Origin: an uncultured Vampirovibrio sp.
Lineage (GTDB): Bacteria > Cyanobacteriota > Vampirovibrionia > Gastranaerophilales > Gastranaerophilaceae
Reading direction: 5' to 3'
Length of the DNA stretch: 64,000 bases
Assembly (NCBI GenBank): GCA_910577635.1
Contig: CAJTNR010000004.1
Location: forward strand, 19,538 to 83,537
The translations under genes were made by a program, and so were the position numbers. Positions 1 through 10,072 of this stretch are shown here, piece by piece. The notes under the pieces are model-generated. The model did not search any database. It was not told where the DNA came from and worked only from the letters and a program-made list of their open reading frames with translations. The first letter of the stretch is position 1. Every line of letters begins with the position of its first letter.

Positions 1-1
1 T

Positions 2-529
2 TCTGATAAACTAAAAGATGAGATTAAAAAAACAACAGTATCTGACAATGGATATGTTCTTGACAATGTATATTATGATGAAGACTACGCAGTAATTCCT
101 GAAGGAACAATTCTTCCAATGACAATTGATACTTGTATGAACACAAATAAGGTTCAAGAAGGTCAAGAGTTTGTTGCAAAAGCTCCTTACAACTTCGTAA
201 CAAGAGAAAAATTGATTGTTGTTCCTGTAGGTTTAGCAGTAAGCGGAAAAGTTCATAAAGTAACCCGTCCGCATAAATTCTTAACAAACGGATCAATGGC
301 TCTTACAATTTCAGATGTTGTTAATGACAGAGGAAGTGAAATTAAAGTCCTTTCTGCCGTTGGCGAAAGAAAAGCAGATATGAGAATCATAAGAAACGAT
401 CCTTATCTGACAAGAACAAGATACAACGTTCTAAGAGGACAAAACGAATATATTCACAAAGGTCAAAGAATAGATTTCGTACTGCTGGAACCTCTAAGAG
501 TTAAGATAAACAATAAAGATACAATGTAG
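2..529 (+). CDS. hypothetical protein, 5'-truncated at window edge
   Basis: The frame of the listed 119..529 ORF stays open back to position 2 (SDKLKDEIKKTTVSDNGYVLDN...), so the gene starts upstream of the window. It ends just before a strong hairpin terminator. No family recognised with confidence. Confidence 0.5.
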   Translation, partial: SDKLKDEIKKTTVSDNGYVLDNVYYDEDYAVIPEGTILPMTIDTCMNTNKVQEGQEFVAKAPYNFVTREKLIVVPVGLAVSGKVHKVTRPHKFLTNGSMALTISDVVNDRGSEIKVLSAVGERKADMRIIRNDPYLTRTRYNVLRGQNEYIHKGQRIDFVLLEPLRVKINNKDTM

Positions 530-530
530 A

Positions 531-580
531 AAATAAAAAATGCCCTTTTGTAAATTTACAAAAGGGCATTTTATTTTTTA
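531..580. terminator. bidirectional intrinsic terminator
   Basis: Near-perfect palindrome AATGCCCTTTTGTAAA/TTTACAAAAGGGCATT (about 539-572). It is flanked by an A-run (531-540) and a T-run (571-580) and sits between convergent genes. Confidence 0.75.
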
Positions 581-891
581 AAAGATTTTATCAAGCTGGC
601 CAAAGACCCTATTCCCAATGCAGTTATTGCAATTGATACAAAATTATTGAAATCAATATTTCTTTTTGTTTTTTTATTTGTGTTTTTATCAAGTTTATAG
701 GTAATATAAGGATTTTGCGCCTTATTTTTGCTCATAGTATCGCTAATCGGAGTATTTGATATCTTAGGAACATCAACAACGCCGACATTAGGTCTATTGA
801 ATTGTCTTTTAGGTTTAACAGCCTTTTTTTGCTCTTCTTTAGGAATTGTACTTGGTTTGGGCTGTTTAATTGCATTAATACTTGTTTCCAT
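571..891 (-). CDS. hypothetical small Lys-rich protein with C-terminal membrane anchor
   Basis: 106-aa ORF with a basic, low-complexity N-terminal part and a single C-terminal hydrophobic helix (FVSIAITALGIGSLASLI). No recognisable family. Confidence 0.5.
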   Translation of the reverse strand: METSINAIKQPKPSTIPKEEQKKAVKPKRQFNRPNVGVVDVPKISNTPISDTMSKNKAQNPYITYKLDKNTNKKTKRNIDFNNFVSIAITALGIGSLASLIKSFKK

Positions 892-985
892 AAATCAATA
901 AAAACAAAACAGGAATAATTATTGCTAATTGAATTTAATTTCAATAATTGATATAATCTTTTCTATAATTATAAAAGGTAATAAA

Positions 986-2296
986 ATGACTAAAGCTTAT
1001 AAAGCAAAGTGGATAATACCCTCAGACGGCAATGTCTATGAAAATTGTGCTTTAATTGTAGATGAGGGTAAAATTCAAGAGATTGTAAAACAGGAGAATT
1101 TAAATGAGAATCTTTATTCCCATATTAAAGACTATGGAAATAGTGTAATTACCCCTGGGTTTGTCAGCTTGCACAATCATTTGCAATATAGTGAAATAAA
1201 AAAACATAAAGTCGATTTAAAGGCGCGTTTTAAAAAGCTTTATACAATTTTTAAAAAAAATTATTTCCTTGCGGGGATTTCAAAAAAATCTTTTATTTAT
1301 CGACTTTCTAATCTTTTAAGTGATTACTTTTGTCTTAATCGAGACGAAAAAATTGCTTCTTTTAAAAAAGGGGTTGAATTAAGCCTGTTATCAGGAACAA
1401 CAGCAGTTGCACAATTGTCTAAAGAAAGTAAATATTTTAAAATTCTTAATGAAATGCCCCTTAAAACTTATTTGTTTTTCGAACTCTTCTCAGATTCCGT
1501 TGAAACAAGCAAAGACGAGTTTAGGCAAATTAAGAAAAAAATTGATAAACTAAAATTACAAAAGTCAGAAAATACTTTTATAGGAGTTGCTCCTCACAGT
1601 GTTTGTTGTGTACATAAAAGGCTTTTTAAGATTCTTGTTAAGTATTGTAAAAAACATAATATCCTAATGACCATAAGACTGGCTGAATCAATTGAGGAAA
1701 TGGATTGGCTGAAACACGGTTTTTCAGATGTTGATTTACTGAATGAATTTACAGGACACAAAAAATTTGAACCAATGGAAAAAGAACTTAGTCCTGTATG
1801 TTATCTTGAAAAATTGGGGGTTTTGTCAAAACAGCTGATAATTTCATATGGAAACTATCTTTCCTGCTGCGATTTAGAGCTTTTAAGAGCAAATAGAGTT
1901 TCTCTTGCCTATTGTCCTCGGGTAAGCGATAATCTTCACAATAAAAAACTTGATTTTAATAAAGTTTTAGACTATTTTCAGGGAAGATTCGGTTTTGGGG
2001 TTAATTCCTTATCTTTTAATTCGGATTTATCCTTGCTAAATGAACTAAAATATGTTAATCAAGGGCAATTAGATACAATTGAAGCACTTAAGTATTTAAC
2101 TATTATCCCTGCTAAAATTCTAAGGCTTAATAATATCATAGGTTCCTTAGAAGCCGATAAAGATGCGGATTTTAATGTTTTCAAGCTCAATGATAATGAA
2201 GATTATAATTCAATTCTTGATAAGTCATATCCTGATTTTGTCTATATTAGCGGCAAAAAAGTGGTTAAAGAAGGAAAATTGAATATAAGAAATTAG
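986..2296 (+). CDS. amidohydrolase-family metal-dependent hydrolase (chlorohydrolase / nucleoside deaminase-like)
   Basis: N-terminal ITPGFVSLHNHLQYS is an HxH metal-binding motif. Length and later motifs (GVAPHS, DADFNVF) fit the amidohydrolase fold. Start moved to ATG 986 (MTKAYKAKWIIP), which is more plausible than the upstream TTG at 929. Confidence 0.75.
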   Translation: MTKAYKAKWIIPSDGNVYENCALIVDEGKIQEIVKQENLNENLYSHIKDYGNSVITPGFVSLHNHLQYSEIKKHKVDLKARFKKLYTIFKKNYFLAGISKKSFIYRLSNLLSDYFCLNRDEKIASFKKGVELSLLSGTTAVAQLSKESKYFKILNEMPLKTYLFFELFSDSVETSKDEFRQIKKKIDKLKLQKSENTFIGVAPHSVCCVHKRLFKILVKYCKKHNILMTIRLAESIEEMDWLKHGFSDVDLLNEFTGHKKFEPMEKELSPVCYLEKLGVLSKQLIISYGNYLSCCDLELLRANRVSLAYCPRVSDNLHNKKLDFNKVLDYFQGRFGFGVNSLSFNSDLSLLNELKYVNQGQLDTIEALKYLTIIPAKILRLNNIIGSLEADKDADFNVFKLNDNEDYNSILDKSYPDFVYISGKKVVKEGKLNIRN

Positions 2297-2410
2297 GTTG
2301 TTGAATAATTATTAATTATAGGTTAGAATATTAAGAAATATAACAATTGGTAGCAAAAAAAAATGTTTTTAGGTTTTGTACAATAAACACTGAAAACATT
2401 GGAGAGTAAA

Positions 2411-2746
2411 ATGAATAACGATATAAAAGGAATAAATAATTATACCAATGCTAAAAGTTATATAAATCATATATCCCCTCAAGCAATTAATATCAAGAAT
2501 CAAAACGAAAGAGAAATCAGCGAATTTTCTATGAATGCACTTGACTCCCTGGGTAAAGCAAAGGTTAAACTGGACAACTGCACTATTAGTGCTTCAATTG
2601 ACAAATTTATTGCAGATTCTCACAAAGTTGAATACTACAATACTTTCTGCGAAGGATTAGTCAATAGAGGATATCCCTTAGAAACTGCAATTAATAAAAC
2701 AGAGCTTGTTTTTAGAGCGTTAAAAGAAAAAACAATATATAATTAG
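2411..2746 (+). CDS. hypothetical small protein
   Basis: ORF with GGAGAG 6 nt upstream of ATG 2411, so the listed TTG at 2399 is less likely. No family recognised. Confidence 0.5.
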   Translation: MNNDIKGINNYTNAKSYINHISPQAINIKNQNEREISEFSMNALDSLGKAKVKLDNCTISASIDKFIADSHKVEYYNTFCEGLVNRGYPLETAINKTELVFRALKEKTIYN

Positions 2747-2754
2747 GAATTAAG

Positions 2755-3417
2755 ATGAAAACACAACAATTAAATATTTCGGTATTGAAACATCCTGTTA
2801 TTGAGGACAATCTTGCAATTATTAGAGACAAAAACACAGATAGCGAAAGATTCAAAAATGCAGTCAGGAAAATTTCTTATTCATTAATTCTTGAGGCTTC
2901 AAAAAACCTTCCCATGGTTGAAAAAACAGTCGAAACACCCCTTGTTACAACTAAGTGCAGGGTTATTGATAAATCAATCCAGGTAATAATTGCCCCTATT
3001 CTTAGAGCAGGTTTGATTTTTAGCGAAGCAGCTAGCGAGCTTCTTCCTTTTTCCAATATCCACCATGTCGGGATGTATAGAAACGAAGAAACTTTAGAGC
3101 CTGTATGGTATTATGATAAAAAGAAAAATATAATTGACAATAAAGATAAAGTTTTTGTAATTATCCTTGATCCAATGCTCGCTACGGGAAACAGCGCTGT
3201 TGATACTATTGAAAACTTCATCAAAAAAGGAGCAAAGGAAGAAAATATTACTTTTGTAAGTTTAATAGCAGCTCCAAATGGCGTTAGTAATATTCAAGAA
3301 AATTATAGTAAAGTAAAAATTGTTACAGCTTCTCTTGATGATTCGATAAACGAAAAAGGCTATATTCTGCCGGGTTTAGGAGATGCCGGGGATAGAATTT
3401 TTAATACCATTGAATAG
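2755..3417 (+). CDS. upp: uracil phosphoribosyltransferase
   Basis: PRPP-binding motif VFVIILDPMLATGNSA and C-terminal GYILPGLGDAGDRIF are characteristic of Upp. Length 220 aa. Confidence 0.92.
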   Translation: MKTQQLNISVLKHPVIEDNLAIIRDKNTDSERFKNAVRKISYSLILEASKNLPMVEKTVETPLVTTKCRVIDKSIQVIIAPILRAGLIFSEAASELLPFSNIHHVGMYRNEETLEPVWYYDKKKNIIDNKDKVFVIILDPMLATGNSAVDTIENFIKKGAKEENITFVSLIAAPNGVSNIQENYSKVKIVTASLDDSINEKGYILPGLGDAGDRIFNTIE

Positions 3418-3527
3418 TATTTTGTAAATAAATGTAACAATAAAGAACCAAACCCTAAAGTTTGTTTTTATTTGTGTCGATATTCCTTAATGTAAGACAA
3501 TAGAGATCAGGAAATAAGGAGTCGACA

Positions 3528-3923
3528 ATGGATATTAATCAAGTAAGGTTTCAGAACTATTCGATAGGAAATTCTGGAGCACGAGCTAAAAAAGAAACAA
3601 AAAAAGAAGAACAAACGCCTTTATTGGAAACCAAAACCGATACTCAAATGCAGCAGTCTAAATCTGACAATGTATTGAATGCACTTAGTCTCCAAGGAAT
3701 TCAAAACAAAGCACAAATTATCCCGGCTAAAAAAGAGTTAGATATTGATGCGCTATTAGCCAAATATTCAAATCCTCAAAGCGCAAAAAGAATCGAATCT
3801 ATGATGAATGACTTTGAATCAAACGTAAATACGATAGCAAACACTGTGGAAACTGAGTTTCCGGGAGTTTTTTCCAAAGAATCAAAAAATGCTTTTGCAG
3901 CATCAATTTATGCGCAAGGCTAA
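3528..3923 (+). CDS. hypothetical small protein
   Basis: 131-aa ORF preceded by AAGGAG (about 3514-3519) and followed by a hairpin terminator. Hydrophilic, no recognised family. Confidence 0.5.
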   Translation: MDINQVRFQNYSIGNSGARAKKETKKEEQTPLLETKTDTQMQQSKSDNVLNALSLQGIQNKAQIIPAKKELDIDALLAKYSNPQSAKRIESMMNDFESNVNTIANTVETEFPGVFSKESKNAFAASIYAQG

Positions 3924-3967
3924 AAAGGATTTTCCTTATTCTCCTCTATTGTTTAATTTTTACTATC

Positions 3968-3997
3968 GACCGCTATATTTAGCGGTCTTATTTTTTT
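3968..3997 (+). terminator. intrinsic terminator
   Basis: Stem GACCGCT/AGCGGTC (3968-3974 / 3981-3987) with a 6-nt loop, followed by TTATTTTTTT. Confidence 0.7.
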
Positions 3998-5199
3998 AAA
4001 TAGCTTTCTATAAGTGCTTTGATATTTGAATCTTGTATTTGTTCAATAACGAGCTCATTAACTGAATCAGCCATATTCAATTGGGATAGAACACTAACAC
4101 TTTTTGCAATATAGCTTGGTTTTAGAGAGTTTGTGTTAATTAACTCAACAAGTTTATTAGAACTATCAGCAAGATTGAATTCTTTTATTATTGAAAGTGC
4201 GCAATCGAATCTGTAAGGAGTATTTTTGGCTTCATCAAGTTCTTTATCAAGTTTTATATAACTAAAACTTAAAGATTGAAGATGGCTTACAATTTTTGTT
4301 AACAATTCTTTAGAATTCTTATCTAAATCGAATAAATAAGACTCATTGTTTAAAAATTCTTCAAATTTTATCTTGGTTAAGCTAAGAACATTGTATGCAT
4401 ACTGGGTTTTTATGTCTTGAATAAATTTTATATAATCATAAACCTGATAAAACTCAATCGTATCAAGACTTGTATCTTCAGGATAAGAATCAATTAGAAT
4501 ATTAAAAATCTTTACAATTTCATCCGAATTAAGTGCTTTTTTTATAGAATCAAAACTATTGTAGTCAAGCAAAGCTGCAATAATAGTTGAAGCAAAGGGA
4601 TTTTTGGAAATATTTCTTGCGATGAACTTAATTGAATTTTCACCGCCATATGCACTGATAAACTCAAAAGCTTCCAGAGTTTCAAATTCGTCTTTGGAGT
4701 TTAGTACAAGTTCAAGCATTTTATTGAGAGTTTTTTTGTCTTCAAAAACACTCAAGGTTTGTGCACAGTTGATTTTTAAAGGTTTATAGGAGCTAAAAGC
4801 TTCTTTGTTAAGATATTCAAGAGCAAGAGTATCTTTTATATGGCTAAAATACAGTGCACAATATGTTTTTTGTTCTTTTGTCCCGTTTTTAAAAGTATCC
4901 AAGATTCTATCAGTTAGACTTTCATTCGCAAATTTTAACCAGGACTTAATTATGATTTCTTCAAAATCTGATGAGTAAATTTTTGCAAATTCAAAAATTG
5001 CATCTAAGTTTTCTTCGTTAACTAACTTAACAAAATCTTCAATTATTCTTTCTTTAAGAAAAGGAAATATAAAATCGCTATTATTTGCTAAAGTTTGAAA
5101 TTGTTCAGTATTAGTGCTTATTATAAGATTTTTGATTATATGTTTTGATAAAATAATATCTTTAGATGTAATATTTCTTATAAAATCTTTATCTATCAT
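3988..5199 (-). CDS. hypothetical protein, all-helical repeat-like
   Basis: 403-aa uninterrupted ORF in an AT-rich background. Leu/Ile/Glu/Lys-rich helical-looking sequence. No catalytic motif recognised. Confidence 0.6.
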   Translation of the reverse strand: MIDKDFIRNITSKDIILSKHIIKNLIISTNTEQFQTLANNSDFIFPFLKERIIEDFVKLVNEENLDAIFEFAKIYSSDFEEIIIKSWLKFANESLTDRILDTFKNGTKEQKTYCALYFSHIKDTLALEYLNKEAFSSYKPLKINCAQTLSVFEDKKTLNKMLELVLNSKDEFETLEAFEFISAYGGENSIKFIARNISKNPFASTIIAALLDYNSFDSIKKALNSDEIVKIFNILIDSYPEDTSLDTIEFYQVYDYIKFIQDIKTQYAYNVLSLTKIKFEEFLNNESYLFDLDKNSKELLTKIVSHLQSLSFSYIKLDKELDEAKNTPYRFDCALSIIKEFNLADSSNKLVELINTNSLKPSYIAKSVSVLSQLNMADSVNELVIEQIQDSNIKALIESYLKK

Positions 5200-5281
5200 T
5201 ATTTTATTATTACATATTACAAGTTTCTTGTGTATAATTGATTTAGATTATTTTTAATTGTTAGAATAAGAAGGAATAAAT

Positions 5282-6004
5282 ATGGCTGAATGTAAATATA
5301 AAAGAATATTACTAAAAATTTCAGGTGAAGCACTGCTGGGTTCGCAGCAATTTGGAATTGACCCTGAGCCTGTTCAAAAAATTTGTCATGAAATTAAAAA
5401 AGCTTATGACAAAGGAACTCAAATAGCACTTGTTGTCGGCGGGGGAAATATTTTTAGAGGCATGAAAAACTCCTCCAAACTTGGCATGGACCAGGCTTCA
5501 GGGGACTATGTAGGAATGCTTGCTACTGTTATGAATGCTATTGCAATCCAATCAGAATTAAGAAAGATAGGGGTTGATTGTCGTGTCCAATCGGCAATTA
5601 ATATGGATAAAATTGCAGAACCGTATATCCGATTCCGTGCAATTCGACATTTGGAAAAAAACAGGGTTGTAATATTTGCTGCAGGTACAGGCAATCCGTT
5701 TTTTACAACAGATACAGCAGCTGCACTAAGAGCAGCCGAAATTGGAGCACAGGTAATGCTAATGGCAAAAAACGGAGTGGATGGAATTTATTCTGATGAT
5801 CCAAAAACTAACCCGAATGCTAAAAAATATGATAGAATAAGTTATGATGATATCATTTCTAAGAATTTAAAGGTAATGGATTTAACTTCCGTTGCACTTT
5901 GCAAGCAAAACTCAATCCCGATTCATGTTTTCGATTTTTGTTTACAAAACAGTATTGTTGGAATTCTGGATAATGAAAAGATTGGATCAGTTGTCGATAA
6001 ATAA
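5282..6004 (+). CDS. pyrH: UMP kinase
   Basis: RILLKISGEAL, VVGGGNIFRG and FAAGTGNPFFTTDTAAALRA are canonical PyrH motifs. Followed by frr as in most bacteria. Confidence 0.95.
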   Translation: MAECKYKRILLKISGEALLGSQQFGIDPEPVQKICHEIKKAYDKGTQIALVVGGGNIFRGMKNSSKLGMDQASGDYVGMLATVMNAIAIQSELRKIGVDCRVQSAINMDKIAEPYIRFRAIRHLEKNRVVIFAAGTGNPFFTTDTAAALRAAEIGAQVMLMAKNGVDGIYSDDPKTNPNAKKYDRISYDDIISKNLKVMDLTSVALCKQNSIPIHVFDFCLQNSIVGILDNEKIGSVVDK

Positions 6005-6023
6005 TTAATACAGGAGAATATAT

Positions 6024-6584
6024 ATGTCAGTTGAAGAAATTAAAAAACAAGTTAGCGAAAAAATGGAAAAGTGCATTGTGCAGCTTAAAAAAGAGCTTGC
6101 TTCAATTAGAACAGGAAGAGCCAATCCGCTTATCTTAGACAAAGTTTTAGTTGATTACTACGGAGCTCCAACCGGACTCAGACAACTTGCCCAGGTAAGT
6201 GTAGCCGAAGGTACAACTTTAGTTATTACTCCTTTTGATAAAACAATAATTAAAGAAATTGAAAAAGCAATTGTTAAAGCAGACCTTGGAATTACCCCCA
6301 ATTCAGATGGAGTTGTTGTTCGTCTTCAATTCCCTCCTTTAACTGAGGATAGAAGAAAAGAGATTGCAAAAACAGTTAAAGCCCACGCTGAAACCGCTAA
6401 AGTTGCAATAAGAAATGTTCGCAGGGATGCAACAGAAGCAATTAAAAAACTTGAAAAGTCTGAAAATCTTCCTCAAGATACAATTAAAGATGAAACAAAT
6501 GAAATTCAAAAAATTACTGATAAGTATACAAAAATTGCAGATGAAACAACAGCGGCTAAAGAAAAAGAAGTAATGGAGATTTAA
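6024..6584 (+). CDS. frr: ribosome recycling factor
   Basis: 186 aa. LASIRTGRANPLILD, PLTEDRRKE and IRNVRRDA are typical RRF motifs. Located downstream of pyrH. Confidence 0.95.
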   Translation: MSVEEIKKQVSEKMEKCIVQLKKELASIRTGRANPLILDKVLVDYYGAPTGLRQLAQVSVAEGTTLVITPFDKTIIKEIEKAIVKADLGITPNSDGVVVRLQFPPLTEDRRKEIAKTVKAHAETAKVAIRNVRRDATEAIKKLEKSENLPQDTIKDETNEIQKITDKYTKIADETTAAKEKEVMEI

Positions 6585-6585
6585 C

Positions 6586-7491
6586 TTGGAAGACAATAGT
6601 GTAAAGAAGAATAAGATTTTGAGAGTAATTACAGGGATAATAATTTCTATTATCTCAATTGCAGCAATAATTCTTGGTTCAATTCCTCTTTATTTATTGC
6701 TGTTAGTTATAATTACTCTTTGCTGCCGGGAGTTTGTACAGATTCTAAAGTACAAGGGTTTTCATCCCAGTCTTCCTATTATTCTTTTTTCTGCAATCGT
6801 TTTTACAACCCTTACTTTTTTTCACAGATTCGACCTTGTACCTTCAATGCTTACTCTAACAATTGGCGCCTCTTTTCTTGTAGTATTGTTTTTAGGCCGT
6901 CAGCCTTATATTGTAAATGTTGCTACAACGACTTTAGGAGCACTTTATTGCGGGTGGCTGCCTTGTCATCTGCTTCTTATAAGACAAATCGGTCTTGATA
7001 GAGTGGGGGCTTTTGCTTTTTATCCTTCTCGGGGACTTTTTCTGCTTTTATTTGTATTTTTGGCTGTTGCAATGACTGACATTGGCGCTTATTACTTCGG
7101 GGTTAAATTTGGAAAACATAAACTGGCTGAGGTAATAAGTCCTAAAAAAACAATAGAAGGTGCAGCAGGAGGAGCACTTTGCGCTATTATTATTTCAATT
7201 TTTGGAATCTACTATGCACAATTAAGTCTTTTTCAGGCTATTGTCGGAGGCTTGTTAATAACATTGTCTGCTCAATTGGGAGATTTGTCAGAATCTTTAA
7301 TTAAAAGGGATGCCGGAGTTAAAGATTCAAGTGATATCCTGCCAGGGCACGGAGGGATGCTGGATAGGTTCGACGGCTATATTTTTGCAATTCCTGTGTC
7401 TTATTATTACTTTATGCATTTCTGTCAGGGAACAAATGTATTTATTGAATGTTTTAATTATTTAAAAGGTGCAATCAATGTCTATTTCTAA
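6586..7491 (+). CDS. cdsA: phosphatidate cytidylyltransferase
   Basis: Polytopic membrane protein with the CDS signature SESLIKRDAGVKDSSDILPGHGGMLDRFDG. TTG start at 6586. Confidence 0.9.
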   Translation: MEDNSVKKNKILRVITGIIISIISIAAIILGSIPLYLLLLVIITLCCREFVQILKYKGFHPSLPIILFSAIVFTTLTFFHRFDLVPSMLTLTIGASFLVVLFLGRQPYIVNVATTTLGALYCGWLPCHLLLIRQIGLDRVGAFAFYPSRGLFLLLFVFLAVAMTDIGAYYFGVKFGKHKLAEVISPKKTIEGAAGGALCAIIISIFGIYYAQLSLFQAIVGGLLITLSAQLGDLSESLIKRDAGVKDSSDILPGHGGMLDRFDGYIFAIPVSYYYFMHFCQGTNVFIECFNYLKGAINVYF

Positions 7492-8206
7492 AGAAAGAAT
7501 GGAAGTATTATTAAATTTTCAAAAAAAATATGGTTTTAATTTTTCTGATTTGGAATTATTAAACCAATCATTCTGCCATACTTCCTATACCAGGGAAAAC
7601 AATATAGAGGTATCTAAATCATATGAAAAATTGGAGTTTTTTGGAGATGCCGTATTAAAACTCGTTATAAGTGATATTGTCTATAATTACTTTACAAACT
7701 ACGCAGAAGGAATCTTAACAAAACTAAGAGCAGAGGTTGTTTCTGATAGAAATATCTATAGATATGCTCTAATGCTGGGTTTTGATAAGCTTATTATACT
7801 AGGTGAAAATGAAAGAAGACAAGGAGGACAAAAAAAAGAATCTATCCTTGCCTGTGCTTTTGAAGCTTTCTTAGGAGCAATTTTTATTGAATATAAAGAT
7901 GAAGGGTATAAAAAATCTTTTAATTTTATTAAAGACAACTTTTTTGATGATATTATATCAATTGAAAAAGAGCTAAATAAGCTCAATCCTAAGGCTGCCC
8001 TGCAGGAATACACTCAATCAGTTAATCATCAGCTTCCCAAGTACAATGTTGTTCGAGAAGAAGGCAAGGAACACGAAAAAATCTTTTTCGTTGAAGTTGA
8101 ATTTGAAAACCAAGTAATTGGTGAGGGAAGCGCTAAAAGTATTAAAGTAGCTCAGCAGGAAGCTGCTTTATGTGCACTTAAAAAACTTGGAGTCATAAGT
8201 GAATAA
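7469..8206 (+). CDS. rnc: ribonuclease III
   Basis: RNase III signature FCHTSY...YEKLEFFGDAVL plus a C-terminal dsRBD (PKAALQEY...EGSAKSIKVAQQEAA). The start is ambiguous between GTG 7469 and ATG 7478. Confidence 0.9.
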   Translation: MQSMSISKERMEVLLNFQKKYGFNFSDLELLNQSFCHTSYTRENNIEVSKSYEKLEFFGDAVLKLVISDIVYNYFTNYAEGILTKLRAEVVSDRNIYRYALMLGFDKLIILGENERRQGGQKKESILACAFEAFLGAIFIEYKDEGYKKSFNFIKDNFFDDIISIEKELNKLNPKAALQEYTQSVNHQLPKYNVVREEGKEHEKIFFVEVEFENQVIGEGSAKSIKVAQQEAALCALKKLGVISE

Positions 8207-8837
8207 TATTATAATATCTCCTTCAATTCTATCAGCTGATTTTTCTAATCTTGAAAGAGATATTAAAAAAGTAGAACCTTATGTCCCCTGGATTCATATT
8301 GATGTTATGGATGGTCATTTTGTCCCTAATATTACAATTGGAGTTCCTGTTGTCGAATCAATTAGAAAAGTGACTAAACTTTTTTTAGATACTCACTTAA
8401 TGATTGATAATCCCTATAGTTTTATTGATATTTTTAGTTCTATAGGAGCAGATTTAATTACCTTTCATTATGAAGCTGCTCTTGATAAAACCTTACAAAC
8501 GATTGAAAAAATTAAGAACAACAACAAAAAAGCGGGGCTTTCAATTAAACCTGATACTAAGGTTGATGAAATTGAACAGTATATTAATGAGGTTGATTTA
8601 ATCCTTATAATGACTGTAGAGCCTGGTTTTGGGGGACAAAAGTTTATTGAATCCCAGCTTAGCAAAATTGAAAAAATAAAAAAAATTGCCCCTCCTAATC
8701 TTATAATACAGGTGGATGGCGGAATTAATAATAAAACCGCTAAACTTTGTATTAATAAAGGGGCAAATAGTCTTGTTTCGGGTAGTTATATTTACAAATC
8801 AGCAAATATTAAACAAGCAATTGAAGCTCTTAGCTGA
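8199..8837 (+). CDS. rpe: ribulose-phosphate 3-epimerase
   Basis: PSILSADF, HIDVMDGHFVPN, MTVEPGFGGQKF and VDGGIN motifs. GTG start overlaps the rnc stop. Confidence 0.92.
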   Translation: MNNIIISPSILSADFSNLERDIKKVEPYVPWIHIDVMDGHFVPNITIGVPVVESIRKVTKLFLDTHLMIDNPYSFIDIFSSIGADLITFHYEAALDKTLQTIEKIKNNNKKAGLSIKPDTKVDEIEQYINEVDLILIMTVEPGFGGQKFIESQLSKIEKIKKIAPPNLIIQVDGGINNKTAKLCINKGANSLVSGSYIYKSANIKQAIEALS

Positions 8838-9933
8838 TTTCTTTGTACAAACTTGAATACTTGAGGTAATATTCATTAGGATTATCTTTAGCTGCTTGAA
8901 TTATATCTTGAATTTCGACAAATTTCTGAGCCAAAGCAGGGTCAAATTGAGCACCTGCGCATTTTTGAATTTCCTCAATTGCAACTTCATGGCAAAGCGC
9001 TTTTCTATATGAACGCGTGCTTGTCATTGCATCATAAGTATCTGCAATAGCAATAATTCTTGCATGGTATGGGATTTGCTCTCCTTGAAGCCTGTCCGGG
9101 TAGCCTTTTCCATCCCACCTTTCATGGTGATGTTTCATCCCTGGGGAAACTTCCTGCAATCTTTTAATGCTCTGGATTAGTTTTTGAGAATTTACAGGAT
9201 GTGTTTTCATAATAACAAATTCTTCATCCGTAAGTTTTCCAGGCTTGCATAGAATTGCCTGCGGAATAGCTATTTTTCCAATATCGTGCAATAATCCTGC
9301 CATTTCGATTTGTTCCAGCTGATTGGTTTCAATATTCAGTTCTTTTGCTAATATTATTGAATACAAAGTTACCCTCATTGAATGACCGTGGGTATAAGGA
9401 TCTTTGGCATCAAGGGCTGATGCGATTGATTTTATTGTTTTATAGAATAATTCTTTTAAATCCTTTAGAATTAATGATTTAGAACTTACAAGATCGAATT
9501 TATCTAATCCATTCCTTACTGCTTCTTGCAGCTCGTCCGGGTTAAAGGGTTTTAGGATGTATTGGAATAAATTGCACTTGTTAACTGCATCGGTTATAAT
9601 TTCAATATCTGAAAAACCGGTAAGAAGGATTTTTACAACATCCGGAGCAATTTTATTTGCTTCTTCTAAAAACTTCGTTCCTTCCATAATCGGCATTTTA
9701 TGGTCTGAAACAATTAAACATACTTCACTAAGATTGCTTTTCAATGTTTCAAGTCCTTCCAATCCATTAGAAGCAGTAATAATCTTATATTTGTTTCTAA
9801 AAGTTCTTTTTAATAACTGCAAATTATTAATTTCATCATCAACAATAAGAATTGTATGTTCGTTTCTTGCTGAAGTTGCACCAATTAAATCACCCACATC
9901 ATTAAGAATCAATTTGTTTTCTGTATCTAACAC
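8830..9933 (-). CDS. response regulator with HD-GYP phosphodiesterase output domain (RpfG-like)
   Basis: The N-terminal receiver has ILIVDDE, SDHKMP and a conserved K. The C-terminal part carries HGHSMRV, LLHDIGK and HHERWDGKGYP, the HD-GYP signature. Confidence 0.88.
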   Translation of the reverse strand: MLDTENKLILNDVGDLIGATSARNEHTILIVDDEINNLQLLKRTFRNKYKIITASNGLEGLETLKSNLSEVCLIVSDHKMPIMEGTKFLEEANKIAPDVVKILLTGFSDIEIITDAVNKCNLFQYILKPFNPDELQEAVRNGLDKFDLVSSKSLILKDLKELFYKTIKSIASALDAKDPYTHGHSMRVTLYSIILAKELNIETNQLEQIEMAGLLHDIGKIAIPQAILCKPGKLTDEEFVIMKTHPVNSQKLIQSIKRLQEVSPGMKHHHERWDGKGYPDRLQGEQIPYHARIIAIADTYDAMTSTRSYRKALCHEVAIEEIQKCAGAQFDPALAQKFVEIQDIIQAAKDNPNEYYLKYSSLYKEIS

Positions 9934-10072
9934 TTTTCTATCCTCTTATGTTATATTCAAATAAACGGCACAAAATCAAAAAACTTTAATTTTGTAACAA
10001 AAATTTAATAAAAAGTAAATTTTCACTACTAATAAAACTTTATATAATTAAGATATAAAGAGAGAAAAAACA

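Noticed and set aside
2-529. Resemblance of the truncated first ORF (VIPEGTILPMTIDTCMNTNKVQEGQEFVAKAPYNF...) to the C-terminal beta-barrel region of TrbI/VirB10-type proteins
   Set aside because: This is only a loose pattern match (IPxGT...L.T.I.S...). There are no other secretion or conjugation genes in the window and the N-terminus is missing. That is not enough to annotate.
2411-3923. Possible paralogy between the two small proteins flanking upp (shared ..NY.. near the N-terminus and an NAL(D)SL.G motif: MNALDSLGKAKV versus LNALSLQGIQNKAQI)
   Set aside because: The similarity is limited to a few residues in low-complexity context and I cannot align the rest. It needs a real profile comparison before any claim is made.
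5282-8837. Absence of uppS between frr and cdsA, and relocation of rseP to 15.2-16.6 kb
   Set aside because: The pyrH-frr-(uppS)-cdsA-(rseP) order varies widely among phyla. This is ordinary operon reshuffling, not a notable anomaly.
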